Assembly (NCBI GenBank): GCA_951406725.2
Contig: OX597839.1
Coordinates: 17,546,001-17,610,000 of the forward strand
Length of the DNA: 64,000 nt
Direction: 5' to 3'
Source of the DNA: Octopus vulgaris
Taxonomy: Eukaryota
Position numbers and translations under genes: made by a program. Positions 27,968 through 43,109 of the stretch are shown in pieces (within the stretch, counting starts at the first letter, position 1; each line of letters opens with the position of its first letter). The notes below the pieces were generated by a model. The model ran no database searches and was not told the origin of the DNA. It saw only the letters and a list, made by a program, of their open reading frames with translations.

Positions 27968-30900
27968 CACACACATATATAATTGTCATCATCATTTAAA
28001 TTGGCCTATTGCATCTCCCATTTAATTGTAGCGATTTGAAATTTGTTGGTTGCATGCAAATCAAATGCTTCAGTATCATGATCTTGATAGCATCCCCCTC
28101 ACCATCTGCATTACCACCATCATCATCATCTTCCATATCATCATAATCATAGTGATTGTTTTCATCATTTTTCATAGGTATTGTCTTCATCAGCAGCAGC
28201 AGCAGTCTACCACCTTCCACATCATCATACCTTCCATCATCATCATCACTGGTATCATTTCATCAGTACCTTTGTCACCATCATCATCATCTACTATTTA
28301 TGTAGATATAATACAGTGACATTTCTATGTAAATAAATGTTGATACTGTAGGTTTATCTGAAAGCTGAACTTATACATATATATATATAATATGTGCACA
28401 CACACATATATGTGTTGTAATGAGAATGTTATAATTGGATAATTAGTCAAAAGAAAAAATGTGTATATATATATCTGTTTGATAGATATACAATCATTCA
28501 ATGGGGGACACACACATCCATAATTACACTAGTCATTTTACACGGAGTTATTTATATACTTGCACATATAAATATGTGTTTGTGTGTGAGTGTGCATGCG
28601 TATGAGTGTAAAGCTATATCTTGAATATAAAGTTATAAATATTTATATATACGTAAAGATTATGTACATATATATACATAATTATGTATGTACAGGCATA
28701 TGTAGGTATGTTTACATATGTGGTTGTGTGTGTATGTCATCATTATCATTGTCATCATCATTATTTTCATCATCGTTATCCTCATCACCATCGTCATCAT
28801 TAACAACATTGAGTTAAAGACTTGGACTACAATCCTGCTCTACCCTTACCAGCTTTCATAATCTGTGTATGTATGCGTATGCATATGATTTATGTGTGTG
28901 AGCATTAGTAGGTATGTGTGTGTATGTCAGTGTGTGTATATGCATGTGCATTATATTGTGTATATGTGTGTATGCACATTATATATATATATGTGTATGT
29001 GTGTGTGTCTCTCTCTATATATATACATAAACACTCCAAACATGTATACATAGTTGTTCATACATATATATATATGTGTATGACTTTTTATATGTTCATA
29101 TATGTTTGAATTTATCTATGTATATGTGAGTATGTGTGTTTAACACACAAGTACGCTTGTCTATCTCCATATATATATAATGCAAACACACACACACACA
29201 TATATGTGTGTGTGTGTGTATACACACACACACACCTAATATATATGAAATGAGGGAAAGGGGTGTATGTGAGCATGTGTCTTCCGAACATAAAAAGCAC
29301 ACACACACACAGACATACATATATGCACACCCTCCCACACGCAAACACAAACACATAGATTTATACAGAGAACATCTAACTCTTCCAATCGTTTCTGTTT
29401 AATTTAATAGATGTGTCTATTTTACAGTCTGCTGGTTTGGCTACATATTCAAATTTATTTTTATAATTTAAATGGTTGGCTTCAACTCTAGATTTTATCT
29501 TCATATTTATTCCTTCCAACTCCAAGTCGAACTCTCCACGGCTATTGTATTGATCTTTGTGTTGCATTCATCTATATTTAGCTACCATAGAAATCTATCT
29601 ATCTACATAAACAGTCAAGCCAATGATGAGCAAGGAGGTAGTCTTTTTCTCTATGTGCTGGTTCAACCTACTAGAAATAGTAGCCAAATCTCTCCTCCTC
29701 CACTTCTTACTTGATTCATGCCTCTCTATCACAGTTCTGAATCTTTTTGACTTCTTAGCATACAAGTGATCAAATAAATAATTATGTGTGTACTTTAAAT
29801 GGAAAGTATTTTTAAAAGCCAAAAACTGTTTTAAAGTTAAAATTCAGGAGAAAAATAAGAACCAGGCATGTGAGGTTAAGAAGCGTCCTTTGCAGCCATA
29901 TGGCTTTGGGTTCAATCCCACTGCATGGCAACTTGGGCAGGTGTGTTGTAACATAACACTGGGCAGACCAGTGCTTTGTGAGTGAATTTGGTTTACGGAA
30001 ACTGCAGAAGTCCACTTTGTGTGTGTGCATGCGTGTGTCTTTGTTTTTGTCCTTTACTATCACTTGACCACTGGTGTAGGTTTGTTTACATCTCTGTGAC
30101 TTAATGGTTCCTCAAAAGGAACCAAAGGAATGAGTACCAAGCTTAGAAGTAAGTACTGGAGTCAGTTCATTTGGCCAAATTCTTCAAAGTGATGCCCCAG
30201 CATGGTCACAGTCCCATGACTGAAACAAGTAAAAGATAAATGATGTTAAAAAAATAAAAATAATTGTTTGCTCTGCATTATAATGCACACTTGTGTATTA
30301 TAAATCTATGAATAACAGTATAACAGATTCATTTCAGCCAACCATACCAAATGGTTTAGCAGTGAGTATTAGATAATATTATATAACAGCATGGTTATGT
30401 AATACCACATGCTCTTCAGAGATGGCATATATGGAAAAGATATGGTGCTCATCACTTGTGCCTAATATCTGCTTTTCTTGGAAGTTGCTGTACATATTCA
30501 TCAAAGACATAATTAGTTACCATATTCTTCTCCATACCTACTATCTCTGAAGAGCAAATGGTATTACTTAACCATACCATTGTCAAATATCTGGTTATTT
30601 AATGCTCGGTGTGAAACTAATTTTTAAGATTAGCTGATATGGATTTAAAATGCTGTATAGTTTGATTGACTTACCCCTTTATGGCCAAATATACGAGTGT
30701 CTATTTTTTCTGACTATATATAATATGACTATACATAATATATATAATGACTATATATATATTTTGTATATATGAATATATGATAACAAATATTAGTACC
30801 AACCTTTATGACTTTATATCATTTTATTATTATATTTTTTATTGTTTTTATAATTTTTTAGTAGTAATAATATTAATAAATTTTACTCTACAAACTACTA

Positions 30901-32494
30901 TAAATGGCTACTATCCACATGGATCTCTAAGCCCCTGACATGTTCTTTGAGCAAAAAAACCCAATTTTCTTGGATTCACTTGATTTAATAATATATTTGT
31001 GTGTGTGTGTGTAGATAGCCAACCTTCAACCATGAAGATAAGGATTCATTCAATCACTTGCACATCAAAGCACACGTACACACCACACATATATGTATAT
31101 ATATATATATATACATATATATGCATACATATATACATAGGTCTGTATGTATACTTACACATACACACATAAGTCTCTATGTATATATATATATATATAT
31201 ATAAATATATATACATGCACACACATACATAGATGTATTTATATATTTATAAACCTCTATCTCTCCCTCACATATACAAATAACTGGTTTCTTAGAACTT
31301 AGGATTCAACACACTCATTTCCAAGCTAAAATAACATTTAATCACATAATATTGAAATCTTCAGGACACTTCCATTCAGCAGTGTAGTCCATTTTATAAA
31401 AAAAGCACCCCTACCCCCCCCCACCCACACAAAAAAAAAAAAGCATCTAAAAATCTTATAATATTTGAAGCAATTTGAAAAACAACACAAAAGACAAAAA
31501 CAAACACAAGACCCTTGATGTGAGAGCATTCAGTGAATATCAAATCATCTTAACACACGATATATGGTTTCTGTATAGTGTATAAAATGATTTGACATTT
31601 GATGTTCAATGAATCCCAGCCTAACAAGGAACTTTTCTTCATATTTTTTTCAAATATTTTACGATTTTTGATAACATAGCATTCATTGAAACACGTCCTG
31701 AAAAGTTGAATATTTTGTCAATAAATAGTATTTCATCTCACTGGTGAGTGTGTTGATTTACTTGAAACCTTGTAAGGTCGGAGTAAAAACCTGTTATTTT
31801 TCTATATAGAATCTATGGTTCTTTGCTTTTTTTTCTATGAATCTTCATACATTTCTGTTATATTCCCTTGTTGTGTTTCTGTGTACATATAGATTATAAG
31901 TGTGCATAAATACACATGCACAGGGATACACGTACATATATAAATAGATATATATTGATATATGCATACACACACTTACACATATACTTTTACAAGAAGT
32001 GGGATGTCAGCAAATTGAAAGTTTCTGCCTGTTCAAAATAGTTTTCAGTAATTCTTCAGTTTAATGTTAAATTGTTTTTAGAATCTGCAGAGCCCCACTG
32101 CCTTCTCCAATATCTCAACCCTCATCTTTTGGCATAAAGCTACTTTTGCTCAACCTCTGGTTTTGTATTTCTGTTAACTGCATGGTGATCTCATGCCAGT
32201 ACCATGAAAAAGGACTCTTGTACATGCTGTAAAGTGATTTGCATTAGGAAGGGCATCCATTCTAAAGCAAACATTGTAGGATGATGCTGTACTTCAACGC
32301 ATCAGATCCTCTTAAACTGTCCAATCCATGCCAGCATGGAAGATGGGCATTAAATGGATGATGATAATGAAGATATATATATATATATCATACATATGTA
32401 TTGGTAAAAACGGTAAGATAACAAAAGAAAGAAAGAGACCTCAATATTATGTTGAGGAAATTTATCTGTAAAATAATATGTGACAATTATTCAA

Positions 32495-32560
32495 TAGCCT
32501 AAAACTCTGAGTTTCAGATGCCGAGGTGGAAATCCACAACACCATCTCTTCGGTTATCTG
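32495..32560 (-). ncRNA. Decayed hammerhead motif in a TA-flanked repeat (about 32400-32595)
   Basis: Minus strand reads taa CCGAAGA gatg...catc t GAAA CTCAGAG TT tta, with one core substitution. Confidence 0.45.
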
Positions 32561-33449
32561 GCTGTTAACGGTCTTTTTTCATAGTGTTTTTCAGATATAT
32601 ATCCTACATATGTACATATTTTTATATTTTACTTCTTTCAGTCATTACACTGTAGCCATGCTGAGGCACCACCTTAAGGAATTTTGGTCAAATGGATCAA
32701 CCCCTTCATAAGACTGGTACTTATTCTATCAGTTTCTTTTGCGAAACCGCTGTTATGGGGACATAAACACACCAACATCAGTTGTTAAGTGATGGTGGGG
32801 GAACAAACACAGATACAAGTATACACATACACAATATCTATCTATATATATATGACAGGCTTCTTTCAGTTTCCATTTGCCAAATCCACTCAATGCTTTG
32901 ATCGAACCAAGACTATATTAGGCATTTGCCCAAGATGCCACACAGTAGGACTGAACCTGGAACCATGAGGTTGGGAAGCAAATTTCTTCCCACACTGACA
33001 CACCTGCACTTACACATACATATTTACCAATATTTTTGCCTGTTGCCTATAATGAGGATAATTTTTTTCACAAAAGTGGTTGGTGGAAAAAGATACATAT
33101 ATTGGAGCAATAATCTTGACTGAAACAACAAAGTTTGGAAGAAATTTGGAAGTCCTGTAATTTCACTTGAAATATCAGTATGGCATGTTTGTGCTGAAAT
33201 GACAGTTTTGAAGATGAATATTTTATTAGGTTTGTCAAAAGTGATTACAATAAATTATTTAATCAAAATTTCACACCAAATAGCTTTTTCTACTTATCCT
33301 TATTAAGAGAACTGAATAGACATGCTGCTTTTGTGTGATTCTTCAATATTTTCAAAAAGTAATACATGCATATGTGTGTGTATGTATATACACACACACA
33401 CACATTTATAATACATATACATATATATATACATATATATATATGCATA

Positions 33450-33485
<36 letters not shown>

Positions 33486-33550
33486 CATACATACATATAT
33501 ATATATACATACATATATATGCATATATATATATACATACATATATATAC

Positions 33551-33609
<59 letters not shown>

Positions 33610-34369
33610 CACACATATATATATATGTATACACATACATATATATACATTTACACACACACACACACACACACAAACATATATAATCATATGAAGGCAC
33701 ATGGCATTGTGGTTAAGGTGTTTCACTCAGGATTGGAATATTACGGTTTCAATTCCTGGACATGGCATTTGTGTTGTGTTCTTGAGCAAAACACTTTATT
33801 TCACATCCATCTGTAATCACTTCAGCAGCTGACATGTGGCACACTGTGCAAAAATACAGACAGTGTCAATTTGATGGATGGCAAGAGCTAATGTACAGCA
33901 CAAATATTTGACCACTGTAAACAATTCATTTGTGCAGGTTGTTCAGCAAAATATTGCAGAATGCTCATCTATCATTTGCAGCAGAGTCCACTGCTATATA
34001 TGTGTGTATATGTGGCATAAAATCAGGAGGTATGAGAGATAGATACACGTTTGTCTAACCATAGACTTCCATTTGGATTACAGCTGTAGCCATGCTCATA
34101 GGTGGAGTCTCTTGTGATAATCACACGATTCTCTGAATCCATATCTTCTACTCTTTTACTTTACACATATATATATTAAAATTTATACGCTACCATTTCA
34201 GCAGATTTTACCACTTGATTTCACACACAAGTTAGGTACTTATGTGATGACCTAAGATGGCGCTCATCAGAGAGGCTTGCATAATAAATTTTAACAAATT
34301 ATCCCACTGTATTGACAAATTTATGAGAGCATTGTTTTCCTGACTTATGAATCCCTAAATGACTATACA

Positions 34370-34890
<521 letters not shown>

Positions 34891-35803
34891 GAGAGAAAGA
34901 GAAAATTGAATTCACAAGATTCTCTATGAATCACTATGACCGTTTTGACCCATCATGCTTTGGTCTCTCATGGGTGCCATTCTGTACAAATAGTTGTGTT
35001 ACATCATTCTGTGCAGATGTTCCTCGTCATGTGACTTGTCAAAAGGCACCTCATATTTTAATCTCCATTTTGCTTATTTTGATTAGAATCATCTTCATCA
35101 TCATCATCATTTCGTGTCTGCTTTCCATGCTGGCATGGGTTAGACAGTTTGACTGAAACTGGTAAGCTGGAGAGCTGCACCAAGTTCCAATCTGGTTTCT
35201 ATGTTTGGATGCCTTTCCTAACGCCAACCACTCTCAGAGTGTGATGGGTGCATTTTACATGTCATCAGCACAAGTGCCAGTTACGTGACACTGGCATTGG
35301 CCACAACTATGATTTCACTTGGCTTGACGAGACTTCTCAAGCATGGTATATCACCAAAGGTCTCAGTCAATTATCACCTTTGTGAGGCCCAATGTTTGAA
35401 GGATGCCTTTTATATTCTACCAGCACAGGGGCCTCATGGGTCAAATAGAATTTATTGAGACAGATTATCTATGGAAGTATGCTCTTCATATCAACAACCC
35501 TCTCTTGTTTCCAAATAAGGTAATATTTCTTCATGATCAAATATAGTAAAAATAGACACTGCCAGCATAATTGTGACATTTGTTTACAAATATCATGCAA
35601 CATCAAGACAAAGAGACAGCATTACATACATATATATATTTATAGATATACTTATATATCTTTTTCAGACTCTATTTGCCAAATCCTCTCTCGAGGATTT
35701 GTTTGGCCCAGGACTATAGAAAGCACTTGCCCAATTTTCACATGCTGGAACTGAATCCGGAATCAAGTGACTGGGAAACAAACTCCTTATCATACAGTCA
35801 TAT

Positions 35804-36013
35804 ACTCTTTACTCTTTTACTTGTTTCAGTCATTTGACTGCGGCCATGCTGGAGCACCACATTTAGTCGAGCAAATCGGCCCCGGGACTTATTCTTTGTA
35901 AGCCCAGTACTTATTCTATCTGTCTGTTTTGCCGAACCGCTAAGTGACGGGAGACATAAACACACCAGCATCGGTTGTCAAGCAATGCTTGGGGGACAAA
36001 CACAGACACACAA

Positions 36014-36044
<31 letters not shown>

Positions 36045-36214
36045 CATATATACGACAGGCTTCTTTCAGTTTCCGTCTACCAAATCCACTCACAAGGCAT
36101 TGGTCAGCCTGGGGCTATAGCAGAAGACACTTGCCCAAGATGCCACACAGTGGGACTGAACCCGGAACCATGTGGTTGGTTAGCAAGCTACTTACCACAC
36201 AGCCACTCCTTCGC
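35804..36214 (-). mobile_element. Full-length tRNA-derived SINE, family A, with internal microsatellite
   Basis: Head with A/B-box-like TGGCTGTGTGG and GGTTCAGTCCC, body ttgggcaagtgtcttct, tail (aaaagagt)n. Other copies at about 1-320, 2330-2490, 9400-9800, 15880-16010, 16495-16860, 18265-18860, 27385-27790, 29865-30240, 32620-33010, 56960-57120 and 61000-61390. Confidence 0.85.
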
Positions 36215-36759
36215 CTATGAGCACTTATATATACAATCATCCACGTATTTTGTGTCCCCTTTTCAGTACTTGCAAAGTGGACACTGTGCTTCACATACTG
36301 TCATACGGCTTAATTATTACATTTAGGGTACAAGTGTTTTCGAAATACCTATTTACTACTATAAAATTCAACATTGACATTCATTGAAAAAGCTGCTCTG
36401 TTGACATCAAATCTTTTTACTGTCACATTATGTAATATGGCCTTCCTATTCTTTAGCTGAGTGGATGTGATTTTTCAGAAGATTTGTTTGCTTTGCTATT
36501 TTCAGCAGGTAAAGCAACCACCTATGAGTCTCTCTCATTGGTGCATTTCTACACTTGTAGGAATGTAATGTGTTTGCCAAGAGACAAAAAGAAATCAATG
36601 ATATTTATTCAATATGTATGTCTGTGTGTGTACACACACACACACACGAATGCACACACATAATGAATATATGTGTGTGCGTATGTATGCAAGCACTCAT
36701 ACATTACATACAGAAACACATATGTGTCTCTGCATGGTAGAATTTAATAAGTATATCTC

Positions 36760-36817
<58 letters not shown>

Positions 36818-36833
36818 CATGTATGTATATATA

Positions 36834-36874
<41 letters not shown>

Positions 36875-37767
36875 TCCTATTAACACACACATATACATGC
36901 ATGCCTTATATATGCATATATATATATCATCATCATCAAAATATATATATATATATATTTAGATGTGTGTGTGTATTTTAATTTGTAACATCTATTGGTT
37001 CTATTCCGCCATAATTATTCCGTTAAGTCTGCCTTTCATTGTTAGACTACAATACAACTAATTCTTTCAACCTAGGCTCCACTCTGCCATTCCTAACTCG
37101 CCATCATTGAACCTTGTCTGTGCGTCCTCTTGAACTGTACTGAACCAAATTCAAGAGAAATGGTTTAAATTTTTTTCTATTTTTTTGTCTGATTTTCATT
37201 TTGTTTTCTATATGTTTATTTCTTTTATTTCTTTTTGTTTTTTAGACATTTTGTCTCTCCTTTGAAAATGTTGCTTTTACCAAATATAAGCTGTTCATTT
37301 TTTTTTTTAATTTGTCGGGGTTTCTTTTCTGTTTTTGACTTTTTTGTTTTATTTTTTTTATTTTTGAGGGGTGGGGCAAATACAATATGATGAGAAGCAG
37401 CATTGAGAGAAAAAAAAACATATTAGTGCTTTATTTAATTCAACTAAGTAAACATAAAAGGCTGAAATGTGGTAAATTCTAAAAGGAAAAACAACAACAA
37501 AAATAGCATGAAATGATAATACAAAAGAAAAGAAAAAAAGAAGAAAAAAGGAGAAAAATCTACACAAGCAAAGATAAGCAAACCAGTGTGTAGGTAGTTA
37601 GATAGGTATATATGAAGTGTGTGTATGTATGTAAAATTCTTCATTTGTGTATCAAGGGCTTATACATACATATATATATCTCTGTATACACACACACACT
37701 CCCACTCAGAGATATATACTATATATACTTATATACATATATACACAGATGTACCCACTCACAAATG

Positions 37768-37799
<32 letters not shown>

Positions 37800-37858
37800 T
37801 ACACAGATGCACACACTCACAAATGTATATATATATACACAGATGCACCCACTCACAA

Positions 37859-37899
<41 letters not shown>

Positions 37900-37909
37900 C
37901 ACGCATATA

Positions 37910-37956
<47 letters not shown>

Positions 37957-38457
37957 TTACAACCACATGCTTTCTCTCACTTCATCTCTTTATTTTTCTC
38001 ATTGTGTTTTTTTCTGTTTCTTAAAAAAATTCTTTTCATTTTATCTATATTTTTTTATAGTAATATATTTCAAATATTTTTCCTAAACTAGATTGATAAT
38101 ATTTTTAAAATTATTTTTTGTGCTGAAACTACACTTTTTTGTGCCTCTTATTTCATTTTTTCCTTTGTTTTTGGCCTTTCTTTTTATGATATAATTATCA
38201 TTTCTTTTTCAGTTTATTTCATAATTGCGTTTTGTATTTGATGGTTTTACACCCAATATATTGTATATATTGTATATTGCTGGTGCCATATTCTATCTTT
38301 TGTTAACTGAGCTGGGTATATACGTGTTCATAAATACATATATATATATATATGTATGTTTATGTATGTATGTATGTATGTATGTATATATGTGTGTTTA
38401 TATATGTGTGTATACATCTATATGTATGATATATATGTATGTATTTATGTATATAAG

Positions 38458-38519
<62 letters not shown>

Positions 38520-38640
38520 CATATATATATATATATATACACATACATATATATATACGTATATATATATATATATACATACACATATATATATATATAC
38601 ATACACATATATATATATATACACATACATATATATATAT

Positions 38641-38686
<46 letters not shown>

Positions 38687-38699
38687 ACATACATACAGA

Positions 38700-39430
38700 T
38701 ATATTTCTACAGTTTGAGTAACTTTCAATGCCAAAGTTTGGTAGAAGGATTTCCAGGATTTTCCAGATGTATATCACTGCATATCCCTCTCGCCTTCATT
38801 CCAGGGAGAAGAGTTTTAATTCTTTCAATCTTTCCCAGTAGTTGATATGTTGCATCAAGACAATTTTCTTAGTGTAGCTTCGTTGGATTGCTTCAAGTTC
38901 CACCGTGGATTTTATATTGTACTGTGACCATTGTTGGGAGCAGGTGAGAACGTGTGTTCTCCAAATCATCATCAATGTCTCCTTTTCTCTTGCTTTGGAA
39001 GTTTGGAGGATCCATCCATCCAGCCGTCTGCATTTTATTACCAAATTGGTAATATGCACTTGGAAAGATGCATCATTGCTCATGTTAATACCCAGGTAAC
39101 ACACTGATTTTGATTCAGGGATTTCAGTTCCTTCTGGGCCAATGTATCCTGTCTTCATGTCATATAGTTTTATGTACAAGTAGCATAGGGCCTGGAATTT
39201 TCCTGCATTAAACTGCATGTTGTTGTCCTCAGTCCACCTATATATTGCATCCAACTGTCGTTGCAGATGTGCAATATTTCCAGGATTTTGTATTGTCTGA
39301 GAGACTTTTGTGTCGTCTGCATAGCTAGCAAGGGTGGCTATCTGAGCAGCTGAGGGTATGTCTGAGAGGGCCACTATGAATATCAGTGGCCCCCAGACAA
39401 TGCCCTGTGGAACACCATCTGCTATTTGTG
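38700..39430 (-). mobile_element. Non-LTR retrotransposon RT fragment (CR1/L2 group)
   Basis: [60 protein letters not shown]. Confidence 0.9.
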
Positions 39431-39630
39431 TTTCCTTGGAGGTGGCTAATGGTTTTAGTATATATATTTTTTAGTTTTGCAGTCAAAAGGAGTTTTTTTT
39501 TTTGGAGCATAAGAAAAAAGTGGTATTTAACTAACCTGGATCTAGTTTTGCTGAATTCAGCTTCACAAAGTTTTATGTAATTTGTTCATATTTTTCCACC
39601 ACCCCCCACTACACACACATATATAGAGAG

Positions 39631-40018
39631 AGGCAATTAAGCTGATAAACAAATTAGACACATCAAATATATTAAATCAAACACAAAATATGTATATATG
39701 TATACAGGCAAAACGAGAGAAAGCAAACGGCTGAAACTTTCAGGTGTGAATTTTTATGTATAAATATATGAATATTTATATTAATAGGTCCAACTTACAC
39801 AGAGTACAAATGACAGAGAAAATTTCTGTCATTCTCTGTGTAAATTGGACCTATTACTATTAATATAATTATCTATATATTTATACGTAAAAATTCATCA
39901 TTTGAAAGTTTCCACCTTTTGCTTTCTCTTGTCTTGCATGTATACATATATACATATTTTGTATTTGAGGCATTTAATATATTTGATGTGTCTAATTTGT
40001 TTGTCTGCATAACTGCCA
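39631..40018. repeat. Palindrome of about 390 bp with almost no loop
   Basis: Centre aatgacaga-gaaaatt-tctgtcatt. Arms include taataggtccaa/ttggacctatta and acaaattagacacatcaaatatattaaat/atttaatatatttgatgtgtctaatttgt. Confidence 0.9.
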
Positions 40019-40240
40019 CTATACCCACTCAACTTGATCTTTCTTATAACCTTTCTTCACCTTGTGGAATTATTGCCTATAAAGACATCAGAGTCTCTTT
40101 TGACCACTACTAATGGTTTTCTAAACAGAGAATCTCTGGATCTCATCTGTGAGCTACATGATGATGATAAACCACTATATGGATCCTTTGTATGCTAAAA
40201 ATAGATGTCAAACCTTCTTTATATATATATATATATATAT

Positions 40241-40525
40241 GAGATGCATTCCAGGAGTTTTCAGACTTTTTCAGAAGAAACATTTATTAATTTCAAAGAA
40301 GTACAAAACTCAAATCTCCTTCATTGTAGAATCTTCTGACTTCGATGCACTTGTAGCACTCCATCTAGTTTGTGAAGGTGTTATGGAACTATGGAAGTCC
40401 TCCAAAAGTGAAAGCGTCTTAGAGCCTTGTCACAACCACCTTCATTTTCAGAATATCTTCAAAGCAACTGCTCCTGAGGTTCTCCTTCAGCTTAGGGGAT
40501 AACCAAATGTCAGAAGGAGCAATTT
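40241..40525 (-). mobile_element. Mariner 3' fragment (transposase C-terminus and TIR)
   Basis: Minus translation APSDIWLSPKLKENLRSSCFEDI...YKCIEV...YNEGD matches the mariner C-terminus. It ends at a (TA)n tract. Confidence 0.8.
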
Positions 40526-40559
40526 GGCAGTCTTTGCTGTATGATTGGTGTGGTTGTGC

Positions 40560-41230
40560 AGAATTTACTACTATGTGGAATGCTTTTGCACTTCAGTGGT
40601 TATATATATTTGGAAAGTGAAGTATCATTTTCTTTTGTATTTGAGTTACAAAATGTGTGTGTTGGTGTCAACCTTATTTGAACTCATTAGCAGTTAAACA
40701 TATAAGGCTGACATTGATGTTGGTGGTAACTGTTGCACAATACTTTGTAATACTAATGTGGAAATTTCTGTTTAGAGAATAGGATGAAGGGATGTCTCAA
40801 TTGCAGTCTGTTGGGGTGGGTGTATGGTTTAGGTTTTCATATTTAGATAATTATAAATGGATCCAATAAGCTTATTTTTAAATCACAAGTTGTAGAATAT
40901 AATATTTTCACATGGTGCTTCTTTATCAACTTGTTTGGTTAAGGTGGAAGGGTTTTTGAAGTATTTTGAAGAATAAGCTAGTTTTAGGTATAAAGATTTT
41001 TCGTTGACAAGTGGATTAACCCAGATAAGCTTTCCCAGTTTATTCCTTTTCATATTTTTTTTATTTTATATATATCTGTGTGCATATATTTATATTCATA
41101 AATATACATGTGTATTCTCATGTATTTGATCTGATGAGCTAGTTTTATCTATTATGCATCTATAAGTAAATATTCAATTGTACGGTATAATGCAATGCTA
41201 AAAACACATTAATTTAAAATGTACATGTAT
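40560..41230 (-). mobile_element. Decayed PLE remnant (RT thumb and GIY-YIG), with a degenerate CTGATGA hammerhead half near 41134
   Basis: Minus strand KLIWVNP (compare IIWFNPP) and YCATVTT...TANEFK (GIY-YIG-like). Confidence 0.5.
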
Positions 41231-41454
41231 AATTTGGAATGTTGAAATTAATAATACTACATGGAGAAGATTACAAAACAGTTGTAACCATATGGAAATC
41301 ATATGTAAATAATAAATCTGTATTCACTTCTCATACCTGCTGATTTTATGATAATATACATCTAAAAAATATATGCTGTCAATAAGGTGAAAGTAATGAG
41401 TATAACAACAAATTTGGGGTGCAGGATTTATTCTTAGCTCCTTCTTGTTTATCA

Positions 41455-41745
41455 TAAAAGAAGTATTCAAAACTGGTTGCCCATAGGAGCTCCTCTATGC
41501 TTATGACCTTGTTCTTATAGCTGCATCTATTGTAGAATAGAAGAGATTTCAGGTGTAGAAGTGATAAATGGAATCAAAGGTCCTTAGAGTTAATTTAGCA
41601 CAGACCAAAGCATTAGAAAGCAGAAAAGCAGACAAATTACTAATTCCTTCAGTGAAATGGTCCTGCTCAATATGTACAAAACATATAGCTACAAATTCCA
41701 TACAGTGTACTCAGTGCAAGCTATGGACACATAAGAGATGCAGGG
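41455..41745 (+). mobile_element. RTE-like LINE RT fragment with Cys-rich segment, abutting the Tc1 fragment
   Basis: GCP*ELLYAYDLVL (decayed YADD), SKVLRVNLAQTK, KWSCSIC...NSIQCTQCKLWTHKRC. Confidence 0.8.
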
Positions 41746-42150
41746 GATTCGTGTATGAGTCCAATATTCCCTATCTGTTTTGGTTTCCTTCCAGAGTTTG
41801 GTTTCGACAAGAAAGTTTTTTTCCCTCTTTCTCAAAGACTGTCATTACTTTTGAGAAAGTACTTCTTGATGCACCAAACATTTCAGCTGTTTTCATTATG
41901 CTAGTGCCTGCCATACAAGCACCAACAATTTGACCTCTTTGAAAGTCCAATAGATCTGTCATTTTAATGAATTTTAATTACCTTTTTCTGATGTATCTGA
42001 AAAGAAACGGCTATTTTAGCAAAACATATTAAGCAACACTAATAATAAATCAAAAAATATAAAAATAAACAAGCTTTTAATGGTGTTATAGATATTTCAA
42101 AATGATGATGCTATGATGTTAGGTGTTTCCATTAATTTGTCCAACCCCTG
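41745..42150 (-). mobile_element. 5' fragment of the same Tc1 family with left TIR
   Basis: ORF MTDLLDFQRGQIVGACMAGTSIMKTAEMFGASRSTFSKVMTVFEKEGK overlaps the 11515 peptide. TIR at 42121-42150 is followed by TA and resembles 12492-12521. Confidence 0.9.
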
Positions 42151-42211
42151 TATATGTGGGTGGATGTATCTTTGTATATATCAATAAATGTATATGCATA
42201 TGTGTATAAGT

Positions 42212-42520
42212 GGAGGCGCAATGGCCCAGTGGTTAGGGCAGCGGACGCACGGTTGGAGGATCGTGGTTTCGATTCCTAGAAAGGGCGTTGTGTGTGTTTA
42301 TTGAGCAAAAACACCAACAGCTCCACGAGGCTCTGGCAGGGAGTGGTGGTGATCCCTGCTGTACTCTTTCACCACAACTTTCTCTCACTCTTTCTTCTGT
42401 TGGCCTGCTCGCTTAGCCAGTGGGGTGGCTTCATTTGAAGGCTAAAACAATGCGAAGTGCATTGTGACCAGCGATGTGTAGCAACATCTGATAGCCTGGT
42501 CGGTCATGGTGAGCATGGTG
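42212..42520 (+). mobile_element. tRNA-derived SINE, third family
   Basis: ggaggcgcaaTGGCCCAGTGGttagggc...GGTTTCGATTCC. Related heads at about 5275 and 33696. Confidence 0.75.
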
Positions 42521-42931
42521 ATATGTGTATAAATGAACATCACCATCATCATAATCATTTAATGTTAGCTTTCCATGCTGGCATGGGTTGGAACAGCTTG
42601 ACAGGAACCAGAAAGGCCAGGGCCCACACCAGGTTCCAGAGTCTGTTTTTCTATGGCTGGATTCCCTTCCTACAGACACTACTGGGTGCCTTGGATGCTT
42701 TTTACATAGCACCGTCACCAGTGCCTTTTACTTGGCACTAGTACCAGTTTGTGTGTCTGCGCAGTATGATTTTCAATTAGCAATCTTTGTATCATAATTA
42801 AAGCAAATACATCATGGAAAGCCAAATTAAATTCAGTATTCATCCATAGATAATATCTGTAATGGATGTACTGTGTTAATACCACAAAAATATATCATTA
42901 AAGACAAAAATCTTCCAGCAGTCATGGCAAG

Positions 42932-42978
42932 CATGTTAGATGTGCATTTCTGCTCTTTTGAGCTTCATCAGTAACATG
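42932..42978 (-). ncRNA. Minimal type I hammerhead motif with intact core
   Basis: Minus strand reads catgtta CTGATGA a gctc-aaaa-gagc a GAAA tgcaca TC taacatg. This gives a 7-bp stem I, 4-bp stem II and AUC site. Confidence 0.78.
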
Positions 42979-43109
42979 TACCTGCTGGCAACAACATGTT
43001 ATGACAAAATACATTGCCATTGACATAGAGAAACACTGATCTTATGATTAACCAGCTGAATAAAAATACATTTAATGCAACAAAAGCCATCTTAGATTAA
43101 ATCAGCAGT

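Noticed and set aside
34190-34280. CTGATGA on the minus strand at 34265-34271 (also plus strand near 49353)
   Set aside because: I could not build consistent stems I and III. The heptamer alone occurs by chance.
42212-42290. tRNA-like sequence (also other SINE heads)
   Set aside because: A/B boxes run on into a SINE body and no convincing cloverleaf or acceptor stem is present.
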